A stretch of 64,000 bases of DNA from Rhodospirillales bacterium (GCA_016794005.1 JAEUKY010000332.1:5029-69028); one strand, 5' to 3'; counted from the first letter of the stretch, positions 33,557 through 44,700 are shown. Notes: generated by a model from the sequence alone, not told the origin. Numbers and translations: made by a program.

Positions 33557-35241
33557 AGATCGTAGATCCGCACCGGCGGGCCAAATCCGCTTCGCCCGAA
33601 CCACGTCCAGCTTGGTTCCCGGAATATGAGCGTGCGGCGCATGTCGAGGTCGTAGTCGGCGTCCGGAGCGCTCGCGAACTCGGCAACGACCGTGCCGCAC
33701 GCGGTGAAGTCGGGATACCAATCCGGTGCGCGCCAGTCGCGCAAGGTCGCGAGAACGGCATAGCGCCAACCCTGGGCGCGCAGGAACGCGACGGGGCCGA
33801 TGCCGGCCTTGCGCCACGCAGCGGCGTTGATCTGGTCGAGATCGACATAGGCGACGGGCGGCGGCAGCCGGACCGGGGTCGTCCGGTCGCCGAGTGCCGC
33901 GATCTGACGGTCGCGGTTACGCAGCGCGCCGGGATCGACGGCGGCGATTGCGGCGACGGCGCCGGGCGTGTTGCGGAACCAGATGCCGGGCGCGTGGACG
34001 CCCACGCCCGCCCGCGCCTCGGGCGTCGCCTCGACCCAGCGCCGGGCGGCAAGTCGCGTGTCGGGAGCGGCCATCAACAGTGTGAGCTGAATCGTACAGG
34101 CAGCTGGATAGGCGAGAAGGACCGCTGCAGAGACGGCGACAGCCCGGGGATTGGCGATCTGGCCGAGCAAGGCGGCAAGAGCGAGTGCGAGGATCGGGAC
34201 CTGCGGAAGCGCGTAACGCTCTTCCTTGGGCATGAAGACGTAGAGGAACGCGGCATAGCACAGGACGAAGACGAGGGCGCAAACGGCGATGGCCCGGCGC
34301 TCGCGCCAGCATGCGAGCGTGGCGACGAGAGCGGCAAGCCCGCCCGCTGCGAGAACGGGGTTCGACCAGAGATACGCACGCAGGAAGAACCATGCGTTCG
34401 CGAAAAAGCCTTCGATCGTCTTGGGCTGCGAGACCGGGAGAATGGCCTTGGCGCCGACAAGGCGTTCGATCGCCGGGATGTGCGCGAGCGCGAAAACCGC
34501 GATAAGCGCGCCGGCGATGACGAGAGTTTCGACGGCGGCGCGGTCGACAAGCCCGAAGAGGCGACGCATGCGGATCGCCTGCGCCACGTGCGCGGCGAGC
34601 AATGCCCCCAATCCGAGCCCGCCGATATAGCTTGCGCCGAAGCCAAGCCCGCCGAGCAGGGCGGCCCAGCGGTAGTCGGCGAGCCTTCCGTCGCGCAGGA
34701 CGCGCAGCGAGAACAGGATCGTCGCGCAGATGAAGAAGACCGTCGCCGACCAGTGCCGTGCGGTCGCCGACATCATCAGGTGCGTCGGGTCGACGACGAC
34801 GAGTGCCGCCGCAAAGAGTGCGGCAGGCGTGCCGAAGCGGAGTTCGCGTCCGATCCCGAACACGACAGCCACGGTGGCGACGCCGAACGCGACACTGACC
34901 GTGCGGGCGGCGTACCAGTAGAACTCGGGCGAGAACGACAGTGCGAGCGCCATGTCGGCGAGCGAGACGAAGCCGTTGGACATCCAGAGGGCTGCGGCGA
35001 CGGGAACGATCGCGGCCGCGTAGAGCCACGCGACGAGCGGCGGGTAGTAAAGCGTCTCGGCGAGGAGCGGCGACAGCGTCGGAACCGGATTGCGCAGCTC
35101 GATCATCCGAAGCGCGCCGCCGATCATCACTTCCTCGTCCGAGGCGAGCGGCAGCGGCAGTCCGGCCGTAGCCGCGGCGAGGCGGATCAATGTCGCGACA
35201 ACGAGCAGTGTCGCGAGTGCCTGGATCGAGTTACGCGTCAC
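33508..35241 (-). CDS. GT-C fold polytopic membrane glycosyltransferase (GT39/GT83, ArnT/PMT-like)
   Basis: The GTG start at 35241 overlaps the upstream TGA (GTGA). There are at least 10 hydrophobic segments. SDEE in the first loop after TM1 (LPLPLASDEEVMIGG) resembles the GT-C acidic motif, and a soluble C-terminal domain follows. The upstream part of ORF 33508..35484 overlaps the methyltransferase gene and was trimmed. Confidence 0.55.
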   Translation of the reverse strand: MTRNSIQALATLLVVATLIRLAAATAGLPLPLASDEEVMIGGALRMIELRNPVPTLSPLLAETLYYPPLVAWLYAAAIVPVAAALWMSNGFVSLADMALALSFSPEFYWYAARTVSVAFGVATVAVVFGIGRELRFGTPAALFAAALVVVDPTHLMMSATARHWSATVFFICATILFSLRVLRDGRLADYRWAALLGGLGFGASYIGGLGLGALLAAHVAQAIRMRRLFGLVDRAAVETLVIAGALIAVFALAHIPAIERLVGAKAILPVSQPKTIEGFFANAWFFLRAYLWSNPVLAAGGLAALVATLACWRERRAIAVCALVFVLCYAAFLYVFMPKEERYALPQVPILALALAALLGQIANPRAVAVSAAVLLAYPAACTIQLTLLMAAPDTRLAARRWVEATPEARAGVGVHAPGIWFRNTPGAVAAIAAVDPGALRNRDRQIAALGDRTTPVRLPPPVAYVDLDQINAAAWRKAGIGPVAFLRAQGWRYAVLATLRDWRAPDWYPDFTACGTVVAEFASAPDADYDLDMRRTLIFREPSWTWFGRSGFGPPVRIYDLHAASDAAACRARTGQ

Positions 35242-36176
35242 GGCCGGCGTGCCCGGGCGATGACCGAAAGTCCGGCCCGCCGGAGGCCCGGGAGCCGTGT
35301 CGTCCAGTCGTCGATCCGGGTGGCAAGCCGCGCGATGGCGCGGATGCCGGGAATGAAGCGGAAAAGCCGGTTGAAGACGAGGACGTCGCTGTTCATGAGC
35401 AGGCAGAAACCGAAGAAGCCGTATGTGCGCCAGCGCTCCAGCCTGAGGCCGGCGCGTTCGAGCGGCGGTGCCGTCTCGCGCCACAGGAGCGGGCGCTCGG
35501 TCTCGTGGTCGAGATGCGGCGATATCCTGTAGATCACGGCGCGGATCGCGCGCCAGAGCCAGAAGTCGCTCACCGGTTCGCGGAATACGAAGCAGCCGCC
35601 CGGTTTCAGGATGCGCGCGATCTCGCCGAAAAGGGCGTCGCGGTCGTTGACGTGATGGATCCCGCCGAGCATCAGAACGGTATCGAACGTGGAATCGGCG
35701 ATGGACAGCCTTGTGGCGTCGCCCTGGACGAACAGGTGACGCGACATGCCGGGGCGCCCGGCCGCGGCGGCGAGCATGTTCGCGGAGATGTCGACCCCCA
35801 CGCCGGTCCGGATGCGGTCGCCGAGCAAAGCGAGGCCGTCGGCCTGGCCGCAGCAGATTTCCGCGACGGTATCGAGCGAACAGCCCTCCAGCGCTTCGAA
35901 CAGCGCGCGGTCGAGATAGGCCGAGTATTCCTGAGTATGCGGGTAACCGAGATTTTCGAGGTAAAGCGGCGCAAGCTGGTCGTAGTGGGCCTGCTGGCGC
36001 GCCGCATCGACCGGCAGGCTGCAGGCGCCCATCAGCACGATGCCCGCCTCGTTGATGGGATAGATGTGGCTTCCGTCCGCGGTCGCCAGCGCCCGTCCGC
36101 GCAACTCGACAGGAAGCCCCGTCTCGGGGCAGCGGAGCATGGCGAATCGGTCGTCGTGGCCGGGTGCTTCGGACAT
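35238..36176 (-). CDS. Class I SAM-dependent methyltransferase with an N-terminal Trm112-like mini-domain
   Basis: MLRCPETGLPVEL, then VAEICCGQADG, GVDISANML, FDTVLMLGGIHHV and LKPGGCFVF. The start is taken at MSEAPG (36176); 36227 is possible. Confidence 0.7.
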   Translation of the reverse strand: MSEAPGHDDRFAMLRCPETGLPVELRGRALATADGSHIYPINEAGIVLMGACSLPVDAARQQAHYDQLAPLYLENLGYPHTQEYSAYLDRALFEALEGCSLDTVAEICCGQADGLALLGDRIRTGVGVDISANMLAAAAGRPGMSRHLFVQGDATRLSIADSTFDTVLMLGGIHHVNDRDALFGEIARILKPGGCFVFREPVSDFWLWRAIRAVIYRISPHLDHETERPLLWRETAPPLERAGLRLERWRTYGFFGFCLLMNSDVLVFNRLFRFIPGIRAIARLATRIDDWTTRLPGLRRAGLSVIARARRP

Positions 36177-36369
36177 CTTTCTCGATCGGACGGGAAGGCC
36201 CCGCAGCAGCAATCTCATCGGGGGCAACGGGCGCTCCTCAATAGTCGCAAGGCCCGTTCCGGGTCAAGGCGGCCCTCGGCCGGAACGCGACAAAATGCTC
36301 CCCGGACAGTCCTTTACGGGGTCCGAGGCCTATGTTACTGCGGCCTTCGATCCGGGGCGCCGATTGTGG

Positions 36370-36399
36370 TGAACGCGCGTCGCGTTCCTTGGACTGAAC
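36370..36399. promoter_or_regulatory. Inverted-repeat cluster upstream of the FkbM-type gene: TGAACGCG-cgt-CGCGTTC plus GTTC-N8-GAAC
   Basis: GAACGCG (36371-36377) and CGCGTTC (36381-36387) form 7-bp arms. GTTC at 36384-36387 pairs with GAAC at 36396-36399 at N8 spacing. TGAACG occurs at 36370, 36395 and 36414. Confidence 0.35.
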
Positions 36400-36409
36400 G
36401 GAAAAATCG

Positions 36410-37153
36410 ATGCTGAACGCACTGCGGAACATGATCCGGGCGGCGCTTCCGAAGGTCACGGTGACCGTTCGCCAGCCTGACCGGAATTTCATCAAGCGAT
36501 ATGTCTGCGCCAAGATCCGCCCGGACGGGATAATGGTCGATATCGGCGCCGGCACGGGCACAGGCCCGGAAAGCTTCATCGCGGAAACCGGCCTCTCGCC
36601 GGCGAACTGCGTGTTGATAGAGGCGTGCCCGAGCAATTTCGTGCATCTGGCGGAACGCTGCGGTGGGGCACGGCTGCTTAACGTGGCGATTTCCGACCGC
36701 GACGGGACGGTCCCGTTCCATGTCGCCGACGACCCGAAATGGGAAGGCTCGTCGAAGTCGAACACGATCGTCGACGGCGTCATGGATGCGAAGTACGCAG
36801 GCCGGACGCGGACGATCGAGGTGCCCTCGGTGTCGCTCGCATCGCTCTTTGCGCAGCAGAACCTCGATCAGGTCGAGCTGCTAATGATCAATTGCGAGGG
36901 TGCCGAGTACTTCATCTTCCGCAACGGCATCGACTGCCTCGCGAACACGCGTTTCGTCTGGCTCGAGTTCCACGGCTATTCGCGCGCCTTGAACAGGTTC
37001 ATCGACGAAAAGCGGCGGATTTTCGACCTTTTCGAAGCGGCGGGCTTCACGCGCGTCGCGGGCATGCGGCGCGAAGACATCGCCGATTCGTTCGTGCACA
37101 CAATGGTTCTGTTTGAACGTCTCGGTACAGTCGCCGCCGGCAAGGCCGCCTGA
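36410..37153 (+). CDS. FkbM family methyltransferase
   Basis: MVDIGAGTGTG, NVAISDRDGTVPFHV and LMINCEGAEYFIF are typical FkbM-family blocks. Confidence 0.7.
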   Translation: MLNALRNMIRAALPKVTVTVRQPDRNFIKRYVCAKIRPDGIMVDIGAGTGTGPESFIAETGLSPANCVLIEACPSNFVHLAERCGGARLLNVAISDRDGTVPFHVADDPKWEGSSKSNTIVDGVMDAKYAGRTRTIEVPSVSLASLFAQQNLDQVELLMINCEGAEYFIFRNGIDCLANTRFVWLEFHGYSRALNRFIDEKRRIFDLFEAAGFTRVAGMRREDIADSFVHTMVLFERLGTVAAGKAA

Positions 37154-37161
37154 CGGGAGGC

Positions 37162-38103
37162 ATGGACATGCTTGCTCAGATAAAAAGCCTTGCAGGCGAT
37201 TGGCTCCAGATGCGCGCCATCCGGACGCACGGCTCGCGCGTGGGCTGGAAGATTGCCGGACGCTACACTGACTATTGGAAGAAGGCACAGCGCGATTGTC
37301 CGCGTGCGATGCCGGTCAATCCGGTCATCCGTACCGCAGTCGAACGTTTCCGTGCCGATCGCGTCATGTCCTACCACCTTCCCGAAGCGGCAGGAATCGC
37401 CCGCCGTATCGCACGCAAGCTCGACGAGCGCGAGGCTGCCGGCGAGCGCCTCTGGATCGATCGCGTCGATCTCAACAGCAACGCCAACTACGCCGGCGAC
37501 CTTTGGCTGGACTTTCCCGAGGTGAAGGAAATCCTGCAGGGTCCGCTCGGGCCGTTTCTCGAAGGCTACTTCGGCTCGGCCTACAAGATCTTCTTCGCGA
37601 CGATGTATCTCTCGGTGCACGAGCCGGCCGGCCCCAAAACATCGTCACTTTGGCATTCCGACAGCGGCCCCGGCACCTGCGTCAACGTCATGTTCCACAT
37701 CGACGATACAGTGATCGAGGACGGCACGACCGAAGTGCTTCCCTGGGGCAGCGCTCTTGAGATCTTCGCGCGCGAGCGCCCCGAGATACGCCGAAGGGCG
37801 GCCCGCGAGGGGCGCGAGCTCACCGGAGACTTCCGGCGCGAGTTGCAGTACCGCTGGTACGACGAGGTCATCTCGCAGCTTTATGCCGACCGAATCGTGC
37901 AGGCGACCGGACCCGCGGGCCTGATTTCGGCATTCGCGAACAATACAATCCACCGCGGCGGCTATCCGCAGCCCGGTCACCGCCGCCGCGTCATTATCTT
38001 CCATGCCTATCCGTCGGACCGGCCGACCAACTGGGCTCTTTACGACGAACGCGGCATCAAGAAATCCGGATCGTATCCAGCCGATCCTGCCGCCGAGTTC
38101 TGA
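37162..38103 (+). CDS. Putative Fe(II)/2-oxoglutarate-dependent dioxygenase (PhyH-like)
   Basis: LWHSDSG (H-x-D at 37654-37662) and a distal NNTIHRGGYP (His/Arg) match the facial-triad spacing of PhyH-type oxygenases. Motif-level inference only. Confidence 0.45.
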   Translation: MDMLAQIKSLAGDWLQMRAIRTHGSRVGWKIAGRYTDYWKKAQRDCPRAMPVNPVIRTAVERFRADRVMSYHLPEAAGIARRIARKLDEREAAGERLWIDRVDLNSNANYAGDLWLDFPEVKEILQGPLGPFLEGYFGSAYKIFFATMYLSVHEPAGPKTSSLWHSDSGPGTCVNVMFHIDDTVIEDGTTEVLPWGSALEIFARERPEIRRRAAREGRELTGDFRRELQYRWYDEVISQLYADRIVQATGPAGLISAFANNTIHRGGYPQPGHRRRVIIFHAYPSDRPTNWALYDERGIKKSGSYPADPAAEF

Positions 38104-38105
38104 AA

Positions 38106-38881
38106 ATGCGCAAAATCTTCAACGCGATCGTCCTGCATCTGGCGAAGGCGATATTCTCGCCCGCCGCACCTGCCGTACCGGTACCGTCGCCGTTGCGTTA
38201 TCTCGTCTCCCAGCGCCGGATATTCGATCTCGTGTCGCTCGTCATGCAGGTGCGCTGGCTCGGCGGCGTGCGCCAGCTCGCCACTGCCGAGCCCGGCAGC
38301 GATCCTCATCTCGCGGCCGTACACAACTACAATGCCGGCGTCACCGCCGGAAAAATCATCACGTCGACGCGGCGGCCCGAAACGATCTATCGGATCGCGG
38401 GCCTGCTCGCCCGTCCGCTCGGGCGCGACCGACTGCTGATCGTCGGCCCGCGCAACGTTCAGGAACTTCTCGTCGCCTGGATCCACGGCTTCGCATGGCG
38501 GAACGTCGAGGCGATAGATCTCTATTCGACGCACCCGCGGATCCGCACGATGGACATGCACCGGCTTGAGTATCCGGACGGTTCGTTTGGCGTCGTGACG
38601 ATGGTCAACACGCTCGGATATGCGAGCGACATCCCTGCGGTCGTCGCGGGTGTGGCGCGCATACTTTCGCCTGGCGGACGGTTCTGCTTCAGTCATGCGC
38701 ACGTGCCGCAAAGCGATACGTTCGCCGGTGACCTCGTCCCCATCAAAACCGTCCTGAACGCGTGCCGACAGGCGGGCCTTCGGACCTACTTCCACCAGAT
38801 AGAAGACAAGACCAACAGCCGCGGCCTCCGGCAGTTGTCCCACTATGTCGGCGTAGAAAAGGCAACGGAGGCGACGATCTC

Positions 38882-38885
<4 letters not shown>
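38106..38885 (+). CDS. Putative SAM-dependent methyltransferase (degenerate class I)
   Basis: LLIVGPRNVQEL, YPDGSFGVVTMVNTLGY and ILSPGGRFCF resemble motifs I and post-I-III of type-11 methyltransferases. Motif I is atypical. Confidence 0.45.
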
Positions 38886-40735
<1,850 letters not shown>

Positions 40736-40749
40736 GGAAAGGGCTCTCC

Positions 40750-41766
40750 ATGCTTGAAAAATTTGAGATCGGTGGCCGCGAGGTAGGTGGAAACGCACCG
40801 CTGCTGTTCATCGCCGAAGCCGGCGTGAGCCACTTCGGCGACATGGACCTTGCCGAGCAGCTCGTCGACCTCGCAGCCGACGCGGGTGCCGACGTATTCA
40901 AGACCCAGTTCTTCGACGTTGATATGCTGTTCGCGAAGTCCGCGTCGGCGTGGCGCGACCGGCTGCGCCCGCGCAATCTGACCTTCGATCAGGCCCGTGC
41001 ACTCAAGGATCGCTGCGACCGTCGCGGCATTCTATTCATGTCGACGGCACACGACGAAAGCCGGCTGCGCTGGCTTGCGGATCTCGACGTCCCGGCAATA
41101 AAGGTCGGCTCGGGCGAACGCAACAATACCGGCTTTCTCGAGAAGCTAGCTCGTCTGGGCAAGCCGATGATCGTTTCGACCGGGATGTATCGCGAGGCCG
41201 ACGTCGTCGAGGCGGTCGAGGCCTGCCGTCGTGGCGGATGCGAGCGCGTGGCGCTGCTCCATTGCGTGACGAGCTACCCCGCTCCGGCGGCCGACATCAA
41301 CCTGCGCGCGATGGACCGGATGCGGCAGATCTTTCCCGGCCCGGTCGGTTATTCCGACCATACGGAAGACCATCTTGCGGTACATGCCGCGGCCGCACGC
41401 GGCGCCAAGATCATCGAGAAGCACATCACGATCCTGCGCAACGTGCCCAACGCCCAGGACTGGAAGGTCTCCGCCGGACCCGAGGATCTCGCCAAACTCG
41501 TCGCCGATCTGCGCAGAGTCGAAGCTCTTCTAGGCTCGGGCCGCAAGGAACCTGCGGCGAGCGAGGCGGCGGGCCAGGACTGGGCGCTGAAGGCTCTCGT
41601 CGCCCGACGCAACCTGCCAGCGGGCCACGTCGTCGAAGAAGCCGATATTGTTGCCAAGCGGCCCTCACGCGGCATTCCGCCCAATCGCATCGCCGAAGTG
41701 ATCGGCAAGCGGCTGCCGGCAGCGCTTGCCGCCGACGACCCCTTGCCTGAAGCGTTGATCGGCTGA
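40750..41766 (+). CDS. neuB: NeuB-family nonulosonic acid synthase (N-acetylneuraminate/legionaminate synthase-like)
   Basis: LFIAEAGVSHFGDMDLAEQLVDLAADAGADVFKTQ, IKVGSGE, LLHCVTSYPAPAADINLRAM and a C-terminal SAF-like domain are present. This is a second paralog besides pseI. Confidence 0.8.
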   Translation: MLEKFEIGGREVGGNAPLLFIAEAGVSHFGDMDLAEQLVDLAADAGADVFKTQFFDVDMLFAKSASAWRDRLRPRNLTFDQARALKDRCDRRGILFMSTAHDESRLRWLADLDVPAIKVGSGERNNTGFLEKLARLGKPMIVSTGMYREADVVEAVEACRRGGCERVALLHCVTSYPAPAADINLRAMDRMRQIFPGPVGYSDHTEDHLAVHAAAARGAKIIEKHITILRNVPNAQDWKVSAGPEDLAKLVADLRRVEALLGSGRKEPAASEAAGQDWALKALVARRNLPAGHVVEEADIVAKRPSRGIPPNRIAEVIGKRLPAALAADDPLPEALIG

Positions 41767-41771
41767 CGACG

Positions 41772-42926
41772 ATGCGGAAGGTCGCCATCGCGCTGACAAC
41801 GCGCGGAAACTACGGGAAGATGCTGTCGACGATGCGCGCGATCCGCGCGCGGCCGGATCTCGAACTGCGTCTGATCGTCGGTGGCGGCATCCTGCGCAAT
41901 TCCTTCGGCGATTTCGTGCCGGTCGTGGAAGCGGACGGATTCAAGGTCGATCGCAAGGTTGATTATCTCGAAGGCATGTCCGGCGACGCCGATACGATGC
42001 TGCGCTCGGCCGCGCGTGCGGTTGATGGATTCGGGGCCGTACTGGCGGAACTCGCCCCCGACGTCGTTGTCGTCATCGCCGATCGTTACGAAGCCCTGTC
42101 GATCGCTTTCGCGGCGACATGCCGTTCGATCCCGATCGCGCATCTGGAGGGCGGCGAGATGTCCGGCTCGATTGACGACCGGATCCGGCACGCGATTACG
42201 ATGCTCGCGCAGATCCACCTGCCCGCAAGCCGGTCGGCAGCCGCGCGTCTCGTCGCGATGGGTGAGCGGCGCGAGAGCGTCCATCTCGTGGGCTCGCCGT
42301 CGTTCGATATCATCGGGGCCCTCGACCTTGCCGATCTAGCGCCGCTCGACGCCTTTCAGGCGGTCAACGGCAGTGGGCCGGCGATCGACCATCGCGCGCC
42401 CTTCGTTCTCGTGAGCCAGCACCCCGTGGTCGAGGAAGAAGCACAGGCCGAAGCTCAGACCGTCGAGACGGCTGCCGCCGTGGCGGCGGTCGGCCTGCCG
42501 GTCGTTTGGGTGCAGCCCAACATGGATGCAGGCAGTGTAGGCGTGCGCCGCGCGCTCGCGCGCAGTGCCGCACTTCCCGGTGCGCCGCCGATGCATGTCT
42601 ACGCCTCGCTGCCGCTACCGCTTTATGCGCGCGCGATGAAGGCCTGCCGCTGCATGCTCGGCAACAGTTCAAGCGGAATCCGCGAAGCGGCGTTTCTCGG
42701 TGTGCCGGTCGTGAACGTCGGCACGCGCCAGCGCGGGCGCGAACGTGGTCGCAATGTCGTCGATGTCGGCTATGTCCGCTCCGAGATGGAGGCGGCGATC
42801 CGCCGCCAGCTCGCGCACGGAGCCTACGCGCCCGACGATCTCTATGGCAACGGCCGTTCGGGCGAGCGCATCGCCGAGGTACTCGCAAGCGCACCGCTCG
42901 AACTCGCCAAATGGGGTGCGACGTGA
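41772..42926 (+). CDS. neuC: UDP-N-acetylglucosamine 2-epimerase (hydrolysing), NeuC/LegG type
   Basis: VAIALTTRGNYGKM, VVVIADRYEALS and IAHLEGGEMSGSIDDRIRHAITMLAQIHL are present. Confidence 0.85.
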   Translation: MRKVAIALTTRGNYGKMLSTMRAIRARPDLELRLIVGGGILRNSFGDFVPVVEADGFKVDRKVDYLEGMSGDADTMLRSAARAVDGFGAVLAELAPDVVVVIADRYEALSIAFAATCRSIPIAHLEGGEMSGSIDDRIRHAITMLAQIHLPASRSAAARLVAMGERRESVHLVGSPSFDIIGALDLADLAPLDAFQAVNGSGPAIDHRAPFVLVSQHPVVEEEAQAEAQTVETAAAVAAVGLPVVWVQPNMDAGSVGVRRALARSAALPGAPPMHVYASLPLPLYARAMKACRCMLGNSSSGIREAAFLGVPVVNVGTRQRGRERGRNVVDVGYVRSEMEAAIRRQLAHGAYAPDDLYGNGRSGERIAEVLASAPLELAKWGAT

Positions 42927-43627
42927 GTGCCACCAGATTCCTGGCGATCGTACCCGCGCGCGGCGGGTCGAAGGGCGTGCCGAGAAAGAACCTGCGTATG
43001 GTCGGCGGACGTAGTCTTCTCGCGCGTGCGATCGGGGCCGTACGCGAATCCAGTGCCGCGGACGCAATCGTCGTATCGACGGACGACATCGAGATTGCCG
43101 CCGCAGCACGCACGGCGGGCGCACAGGTCCCGTTCATGCGTTCCGCCGACCTCGCAAGCGACACTGCGACGACGACCGATGTCGTCCGCCATGCGCTTGC
43201 GCAGTGGACGCAGACGACCGGTGCGCCGCCCGAGTGGTTCGTGCTTGCCGAACCAACGAACCCATTCCGGCGGCCGACGACGGTCGCTGCAGCGGTCGCG
43301 CGCGCGCGGGCAGGTGGTGTAGCCAGCGTCATCGCCGTGTGCCCGCTCGAACGCAAGCCGCAGTACATCTTCGCCAAGACGGGTGGCCTCCTTGAGCGCT
43401 ACGTCAAGGAACCTTCCGAGGAATTCGAGCGACGTCAGGATATGGTGCATCTGTGCCGCCTGTCGAACGTCGTCTGGGTCGTCCGGACGGCCGATTTCCT
43501 AGTGCACGGCAAGCTGCTGCTGCCACCGGTCGGATATGTCGAAGTCGACGCCATCGAGGCAATCAACATTGACGATCCTGTCGATCTCGATTTTGCAGAT
43601 TTCCTCGCGCGCCGCGACGGCGCGTGA
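42923..43627 (+). CDS. neuA: Acylneuraminate (CMP-nonulosonate) cytidylyltransferase, NeuA/LegF/PseF family
   Basis: The GTG start overlaps the upstream TGA. LAIVPARGGSKGVPRKNL is the family N-terminal signature, followed by TDD and EPTNPFR. Confidence 0.8.
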   Translation: MSATRFLAIVPARGGSKGVPRKNLRMVGGRSLLARAIGAVRESSAADAIVVSTDDIEIAAAARTAGAQVPFMRSADLASDTATTTDVVRHALAQWTQTTGAPPEWFVLAEPTNPFRRPTTVAAAVARARAGGVASVIAVCPLERKPQYIFAKTGGLLERYVKEPSEEFERRQDMVHLCRLSNVVWVVRTADFLVHGKLLLPPVGYVEVDAIEAINIDDPVDLDFADFLARRDGA

Positions 43628-44700
43628 CTCCAACCCCGCTGGGAGCCCGGAAAGACATGCGCACGAAGTATTTCGAATCCCGTAACGTGCCCGTGAAGCT
43701 CGACTACGACGATGTCTATCTTGGACCGCAGCGCGATCCGGACGGCGTGGTACGCGATCCCTATGCTGAGCGCACCCGCAAGCTCGAGGATCTCGCGCAG
43801 GAAATTGCCTTCGTCAATTCGCTGCCGCCCGGACGGATCCTCGACGTTGGCTGCGGTCTCGGCTTCTTCCTCTCCGGCGTCGTGGCGGACTGGGAAAAGC
43901 ATGGACAGGAAGTCTCGAAGCCCTGCACCGATTATGCGGCGCAGTTCTGCAACACGTTCCGCGGCACGCTTGAGGAGGCGCGCTATCCGGACGACCATTT
44001 CGACGTCGTTGTCTCGATGTCGGTCGTCGAGCACATTCCTGATCCGATGCCGACGATGCGCGAGATGTGGCGCGTCCTGAAGCCGGGTGGCAAGCTGGTC
44101 CTGCGCACGCCGAATTTCGATAGCGGCGTGGCACGCCGGTTCGGCGAACGCTATCGGCTCCTGCAGACGCCTGGCCACGTGACGCTGTTCTCGGATACGT
44201 CGCTCCGGGCGGCCCTGCACGACATCGGTTTCACGGTCGATCGCTGCGAATACCCGTTCTTCGAGACGCGGCATTTCACGATGGAGAATTTTGGCCGGTT
44301 GTTCGATACCTCCAAGGTCAGTCCGGCGTTCTACGGGAACCACATGTGCTTCTATGCGACCAAGCCCCAGACACCTGGACCGGTGGCCTGGGGGCGGCCG
44401 CTGCTGGCCGCGCTCGACGAATGGCTCGGCGTGAATGCTACCGCCATCGAAGCGGCTGCGCGCGCAATTGTCGTGGCGAAGGGCCCGAAAGCAGAGGCGA
44501 TGATGCCGGCGCTTGCGGCACGTGCGGCCGAACTCGCGTCGGCGGCGGGCGGTGGAGCGGGAGCCGGTGCGCCTGCGCGTCTGTCGGCCGGGCGCATCGA
44601 CATCCCGGGGACCGCCACGCTTGAACCGCCCGGCGGCGAAGCCGGGTTCGATTTCGCGCTTGCCGCGCTGCGCGCGGCCTGTGCGGCCGTCCGTGTCTGA
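43624..44700 (+). CDS. Class I SAM-dependent methyltransferase with an Ala/Gly-rich C-terminal extension
   Basis: ILDVGCGLGFF, FDVVVSMSVVEHIPDP and LKPGGKLVLRTPN are present. GTG 43624 overlaps the upstream TGA, and ATG 43657 is an alternative start. Confidence 0.75.
   Translation: MTPTPLGARKDMRTKYFESRNVPVKLDYDDVYLGPQRDPDGVVRDPYAERTRKLEDLAQEIAFVNSLPPGRILDVGCGLGFFLSGVVADWEKHGQEVSKPCTDYAAQFCNTFRGTLEEARYPDDHFDVVVSMSVVEHIPDPMPTMREMWRVLKPGGKLVLRTPNFDSGVARRFGERYRLLQTPGHVTLFSDTSLRAALHDIGFTVDRCEYPFFETRHFTMENFGRLFDTSKVSPAFYGNHMCFYATKPQTPGPVAWGRPLLAALDEWLGVNATAIEAAARAIVVAKGPKAEAMMPALAARAAELASAAGGGAGAGAPARLSAGRIDIPGTATLEPPGGEAGFDFALAALRAACAAVRV

Noticed and set aside
31616-33817. 733-aa minus-strand ORF covering the second asnB paralog
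   Set aside because: Same reasoning. It is an Arg-rich shadow frame opposite a gene with clear MCGIAGF and SGGVDSS motifs.
33427-35532. 701-aa plus-strand ORF opposite the GT-C membrane protein gene
   Set aside because: The translation is highly charged (R/D/E/G) with no hydrophobic or catalytic motifs. The minus strand encodes a coherent polytopic membrane protein.
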